Assembly: GCA_013239625.1 (NCBI GenBank)
Contig: MU054204.1
Location: 334,879-398,878 of the forward strand
Reading direction: 5' to 3'
Source of the DNA: Lama guanicoe
Taxonomy: Eukaryota
DNA: 64,000 nt
In this document: piece after piece, positions 58,385 to 64,000 of the stretch
Numbering within the stretch: position 1 is the first letter of the stretch
Layout of the letters: every line of letters begins with the position of its first letter
The notes under the pieces: model-generated
The model's input: the letters and a program-made list of their open reading frames with translations, nothing else
Databases searched by the model: none
Told to the model about the DNA's origin: nothing
Position numbers and translations under genes: made by a program

Positions 58385-60240
58385 CCTAAATGAGTTCAGT
58401 GAGGTCACAAGATACAAGGTTGACATATAAAATCACTTCAGTTTCTAGACACTAGTGACAAACAACCTGAAAACAATTCCATTTATAGTAGCCTCAAAAA
58501 GAATAAAATACTTATGAACTCATTTAACACTGTAAGTGTAAGAAGTGTAAGAATTTTACACTGAAAACCTACAAAACATTGTTGAAAGAAATTGAAAAAA
58601 AATCTAAATAAATGTAAAGACACACTATGTTCATGGATTGAAAGGGTTAATACTGTTTAGGTGACAGTACTCCCCCAAATTGACCTACAGATTCAATGCA
58701 ATCCTTATGAGAATCCCAGCTGTCTTCTTTACATAAATTGAAAAGTCAAACCTAAAATTCATGTGGCATTACAAGGGACCCAGAATAGTAAAACAATCCT
58801 AAAAAAAAAAAAGTTGGAGGACTCACACCTCTTGATTTCGAATCTTACTACAGAGCTACAGTAACCAAGACAGTGTGATATATGCACAAAGATAGACATA
58901 TAAATAAATAGAATAATATTGAGAATACAGGAATAAACCCTCATATTTATGGTCAGTTAATTTTCAATAGTGGTATCAAAATGATAAAATGGAGAAAGAA
59001 CAGTTTTTCAGCAAATGATACAAGGACAACTGGGTTGTATCCACATGGAAAAGAAAGAAGTTAGACCCTTTCCTTATACCACACACACAAGTTAACTTGA
59101 AATGGATTACAAACCTAAATGGAAGCATTACAATTACAAAACTCTTAGAAGAAAACATAGGAATAAATCTTCCTGACATTGAGTTAGGCAATGACCCCTT
59201 AGATAGAACTCCAAAAGCAAAAGTGACAAAAAATATCAATAAATTGGAGTACATCAAAATTTAAACCTCTTGTGCTGCAGACAATACCATCAAGAAAGTA
59301 AAAAGACAATCTACATAATTGGGAAAAATCTAATATTGCACTTTTATTCAGAACATATAAAGAACTCTTATAATTCAATAACAAAAATAACTAGTTCAAA
59401 ATGGGCAAAATTATTTTTGTAAGAATAGACATTTCTCCAAAAGATATATGCAAATAGCCAATAAGCACAGGGAAAGATGCTCAACATTAAAGAAATACAA
59501 ATCAAAACCACAATGGGATACCACTTCATACCCACTCTGATGGTTATAATAAAAAAGACAGATGATAACAAGTGTTGGTGAGGATATGGAGAAATTGAAA
59601 CATTCATACATTGCTGGTGGGTAAAATGTAAAATGATGTGGCCATGTGAAAACAATTTGACAGTTTCTTAAAATGTGAAGCAGTTTCCATATGACTTAGC
59701 AGTTATAAGCCTAGGCATCTACCCAAGAGAATTGAAAATGGGCATTCAAACAAAAACACATACACAAGTGTTCAAAGCAGCGTTATTCATAATAGCCAAA
59801 AAGTAGAAACAACCTAAATGTCCATCAACTGAGGAAGAGGTAAACAAACAAGCTTTGGTGGGATATTATTCAGCCATAAAGAAGGAGGAGGTACTGATAC
59901 ATGCTACAACACAGATGAACCTTGAAAACATTATGCCAAGTCAAAGAAGCCAGTCACAAAAGATCACACATTGTATGACTCCACTTATATGAAATGTCTA
60001 GAATAGGCAGATCTACAGAGGCAGAAAGCAGATTAGTGGTTGCCAAGGGCTGGTGGGCTGGGGGAATGAGGACTGACTGCGGATGGGCGTGAAGTTTCTT
60101 TCTGGGGTGATGAAAATATTCCAAAATTAGATTGTCATCATGGTTGCCCAACTGTGAATATACCATAAACCACTGAATTGTACACTTATGTGGGTGAGCA
60201 ATATGGAATATGAATTATTTCTCAATAAAAGTGGCTTAAA
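58385..60240 (+). mobile_element. Old L1MB-like element, 3' ~1.9 kb (degenerate ORF2 plus 3' UTR)
   Basis: ORF2 motifs tgttcatggattgaaagg, acctacagattcaatgcaatc, aaatcaaaaccacaatgggataccac. Ends tgaattatttctcaataaaa. Confidence 0.88.
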
Positions 60241-63200
60241 ACCAATTTTTTCCTATTTCTCTCAGTCTCATTTCTATTGATCAAAATCCAGATTAATGGT
60301 AAGCATGCAATTCACACCTGAGCCTGAAAGATAACAGTATTCACACTATTTGTTTTTTGGGAGGGAGACTGTCCTTACATTCCTTCCCCTTGCAGACTTG
60401 GCGGACTCAGCAACACAAGGAGTAGAAGTAGCCTCAGCTCTGTCTCATGACATCAGCGGGAATAGTAGGAATGGGATCTACTGGGGAAGAGGGCAATCTT
60501 TCTAGGCAAGAAGTATGGTTATAGTTAAGGACTTCAACTCGATAGGCAAATAAATCAGGTTTTAGATCCTGACTCCACCAATCTACTATGCCTCCTATAT
60601 AAGTTACTTGGCCTCTCTCAACCTTCATCTCTACAAGGGGACTAATTAAAGTATCACCTCAAAGAGTTATTATGAAGATTGAATGAAATCATCCATATAA
60701 AGCACTTAAAATCATGCCCACTATACAGGAGGTATTCAATACATATTATCTGCTAGATTTATTATTTCTATTGAGGTGAGATGAAAGCAAAACAATTTAA
60801 GGAAAAGTAAAGCACCCTCAACTTTGGAATCAGACAGCTCTGTTCATATGACCTTGGGACGTCACTTCATTTATGGAGACTTAGCTCCTCTGTAATAACG
60901 AAGATAAGCATCCTTCTCTAGGGAGGCCATTTAAAGCCTAGACACTGGAACCCACACCACCTGGTTTTGAATAATGTCTCCATCAACTACAAGTTGTGTG
61001 ACCTTGAGCACTGTTAACATCTCTGTGTCTGGGTATCCTCTTCTGTCCATTGGAGGTAACAAAAATACTTGCACCTTGGGCTGGTGTGAGGAATGATTGA
61101 GTTAGTCCATGTGAAGTGCTTAGAATGGTGCCTAGCATAGAGCAAGTATGCAATGAATGTTAACGGCTGTTATAAAGCTAAAGTGGGAAATACATGAGAT
61201 CCTTGGTAACGCTAGGCCTGGAGTAGGTCCTCAGTAAAAGATGGTTCCCTTTCTCACCCATCCTGTTCCCTGCACCAGGTCAGGATTTCCTTGGACTTGC
61301 AGGGAAAATGTTTCAGACTAAGGAGGCCCACATAGTAAGTAGACTTTTCTGGCAGGCTCAATACTACCATCTGATGGGAACAATGTCATATATCAGCTGC
61401 TTGCAAGATGACCACTTAAACTCCTAAGAACACAACCCATTCAGAGCAGCAGGGAAAAAAAACTTGTCTGTGGACTAGTTGGGCTCCAATTTGAGGATGA
61501 TTTAGGGAAGTCGTCTATTCCTCTTCAAACTTCCTCTTTAGATTTGGAGTCAACTTAACTGTCATGAGTTCCCTACCCTAGGTTAGGCACTTTTACATGT
61601 CTTCCACTATTTTTCCTCTCCAAATATGCAATTTTTAAACAAAAATTCCCTTTGATCTTTACAACCTCTCTGTAACTTTTAAACACTTTATTAAATAGAA
61701 ATTAAGAATCTCATGGCATCACTTTTTTGCTGCTTGTAAATTAAACAAAAAGTGTGTGAGTGTGTAATGTCATTCATTCCTTCAATCATTCATTCATTCA
61801 GCTAATATGCCAGGTATGGTTTTATGCTCAGGGGATTCAGAAATGAACAAAACAGGCAAAGTGTCTACCTTCATGAGGCTTCCATCCTAATGAAAGAGAC
61901 AATTACGTAATACTTTATATATAGAAATACATATGTAATTATTGTTTACCGTAGTAGAGCAAGGCAAAACAGATTTTTCCTTGATTTGACAGCCATTAGC
62001 AATAAGCTAAATTCGTGAATTTCTTTGCTGCTGCAATGACTAAAATATTTTTACATTCATTTTTAGCAGAGATATTCTTACTTTCCCACTGAGTGCAATT
62101 TGTAATGGGATTTTTAAAATGCCTTACAAAAGGATGACAAACCCCTATCACTGAAGAAGTTGGATTTAAACATGGTTTAGACAGAAAGGTTAAATCCCAC
62201 TATTAATACAGACAACTAACTTATATCACATGGAAATAGTACCCATTTTGTGCATGGTTCTGACATAGCCACAGGCTAAAGGGTTCTGGAAAAAAGTCTC
62301 TCTCCTACTGGGCAATGTAAATCTTAAAAGACCATTCTTTGTAACTTAAATATGTTCCTTCATCCCAGATTTGTTCACTGCTGCTAACTGAGTAAAACAA
62401 CATGGTTTGAATTCCCATTTTTCTCCCAGCTACTGATTTTCCATCTAAAAAATATAATTAATGGAACTCACTTCCTCAGGTGCTGAGCTGGTCATATTTT
62501 TTGCAGAGGAAATAATTTGGGAAAAGGCCATGAGTGAAAAGTCTTTCCAACTTGAAAATGCATTAGTTTAAATGTGAATAAGTCAAAGTACTGGAAAAAT
62601 TAATCTGTACCCTGATCTGTCCACATTTTTTAGTTTGATAAAGGTAAAACAGCAGAACAAACCCATTAGTAGATACAGCAAATGATAGCTCCTAATTGGG
62701 AAAAATCTCTTATTTGGCCTAAGCTTCAACAGCTACTGTTTGGCATCTCATAAATGATTGTATATTTAAACTTTAGAAACAGGAAACCTTTATTTTTCTT
62801 TTAGAAAATTAGGCAGTGGTCATTAGTTTATAAAAACCTTAAATAGAGTATAATCTATAAAGATACTGAATCACTATGTTGTACATCTGAAACTAATATT
62901 GTAAATCAACTATACTTCAATAAAATAAAGACATTTTGGAGACATTGTGGCAGATCTGTAGGGAGTTATTAGAGTGAGATTGGAAATCAACTGGCAATCC
63001 CCCTGCCACAAAAAAAAATGAATAGGCAGTGAAGAGTGAGGAGTGGCAGATAGAAAAGGACTGTGGATAAATTATGTAATGCAATGCATTTAGAACATAA
63101 TTTTGGTCACATTCCCCCAGCCTGGTAGCTCTTAAGTAAGCCTGTGGTAAGAATCAGACAGTTACTAAAACCTTTTATAAACAAATCCAGTTTTAACAAA

Positions 63201-64000
63201 GCATAGCCTAAACCATGTCTGTTACTGAACAATCCAAAAATGAAGAAAACCACGTGTCTTCTGGACCTTGTTGTAATGGCGCTTAGACCCTTAAACCTAG
63301 AGCCATCTCTGCCCTCCCTCTGAGACTTAGTGTTGCTTTGTCAGGTCTGTGAAGGGGATAGTTTTATGATTATTAAAGAACCCTGCCTGGCTCCAGGCTC
63401 TGAGTACAGGGGTGCACATTACTGTACTTTCCACACCTGGCCCCCAAATGGCATACAAGACCACATTCCTCTAATTAGCCTCCCTGCCCACAGGATAAAG
63501 TCCTGATTCCTTGCATACAAGGCCCTTTGTGATCTATTGCCTGTGTATCCATCTCTTCTCCAACTAGGACTCCAGACACCTCACAGTCATCCTTAACTCT
63601 AGCCAAGTCTCCAAACTTGCATGCAGTCTCATCCCTTTGTGCTTTCAGAGAGGTGGATTCCTCTCCCTGAAAATCCCTCCCCTGACTTCCTCCGTTTAAC
63701 TAATTACAGCTTGTCCTTTGGTGTCAAGTCAGATTTCACCTCTTTTGGAAATATCCCTTTTATTATCTTAATAAAGATTGTATGGTATTTGGGAAAGATA
63801 ATTCTTTATGCTTTTTGTCTCTCCCTTGAGGCTGTGGGCTTCTCCAGGGCAAAAAGTAATGTATACCACTAATACTTATCACAGTGGCCCATAGCTCATT
63901 GTAAACACTTCAAAAGTATGGGGTAGTAATATTTTATGAGAGGGATGCATTCATGAAGCCTCTACTGGGGGCTTCACAATCTGGAGATATTTTATGCTGG

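Overview
Mammalian, non-microbial genomic DNA, very probably camelid (alpaca or camel), judged from about 14 tRNA-Ala(AGC)-derived SINE copies and a young artiodactyl-type L1 3' end. The window holds most of SHROOM4 (KIAA1202) on the + strand: seven coding exons equivalent to human exons 3-9 (16417-16551, 19201-21685, 24850-24911, 43299-44060, 48255-48435, 52425-52694, 53840-54109). All have GT-AG junctions with consistent phases, and a ~3.3 kb 3' UTR follows. The PDZ-encoding exons 1-2 lie upstream, outside the window. The introns are filled with SINEs, L1, L2/MIR, MER5-type and Tigger7/MER44 DNA transposons and microsatellites, plus one 65-N gap. The best finding is a decayed ~503-nt symmetric (phase 2-2) fossil exon in intron 6 (47240-47742). 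It still has an in-frame acceptor and encodes a SHROOM2/3-like ASD2 N-terminal motif (SEELTRDVVGHDKSLAGVL..TTAEVMGDLF), broken by one stop, one frameshift and a missing donor. Other notable items are a U6/L1 chimeric retrocopy, two twin-primed L1 insertions, reciprocal SINE/L1 nesting, a 37-bp target-site duplication and candidate internal promoters for a PDZ-less isoform. Human and paralog comparisons and repeat subfamily names come from recall, not from searches.
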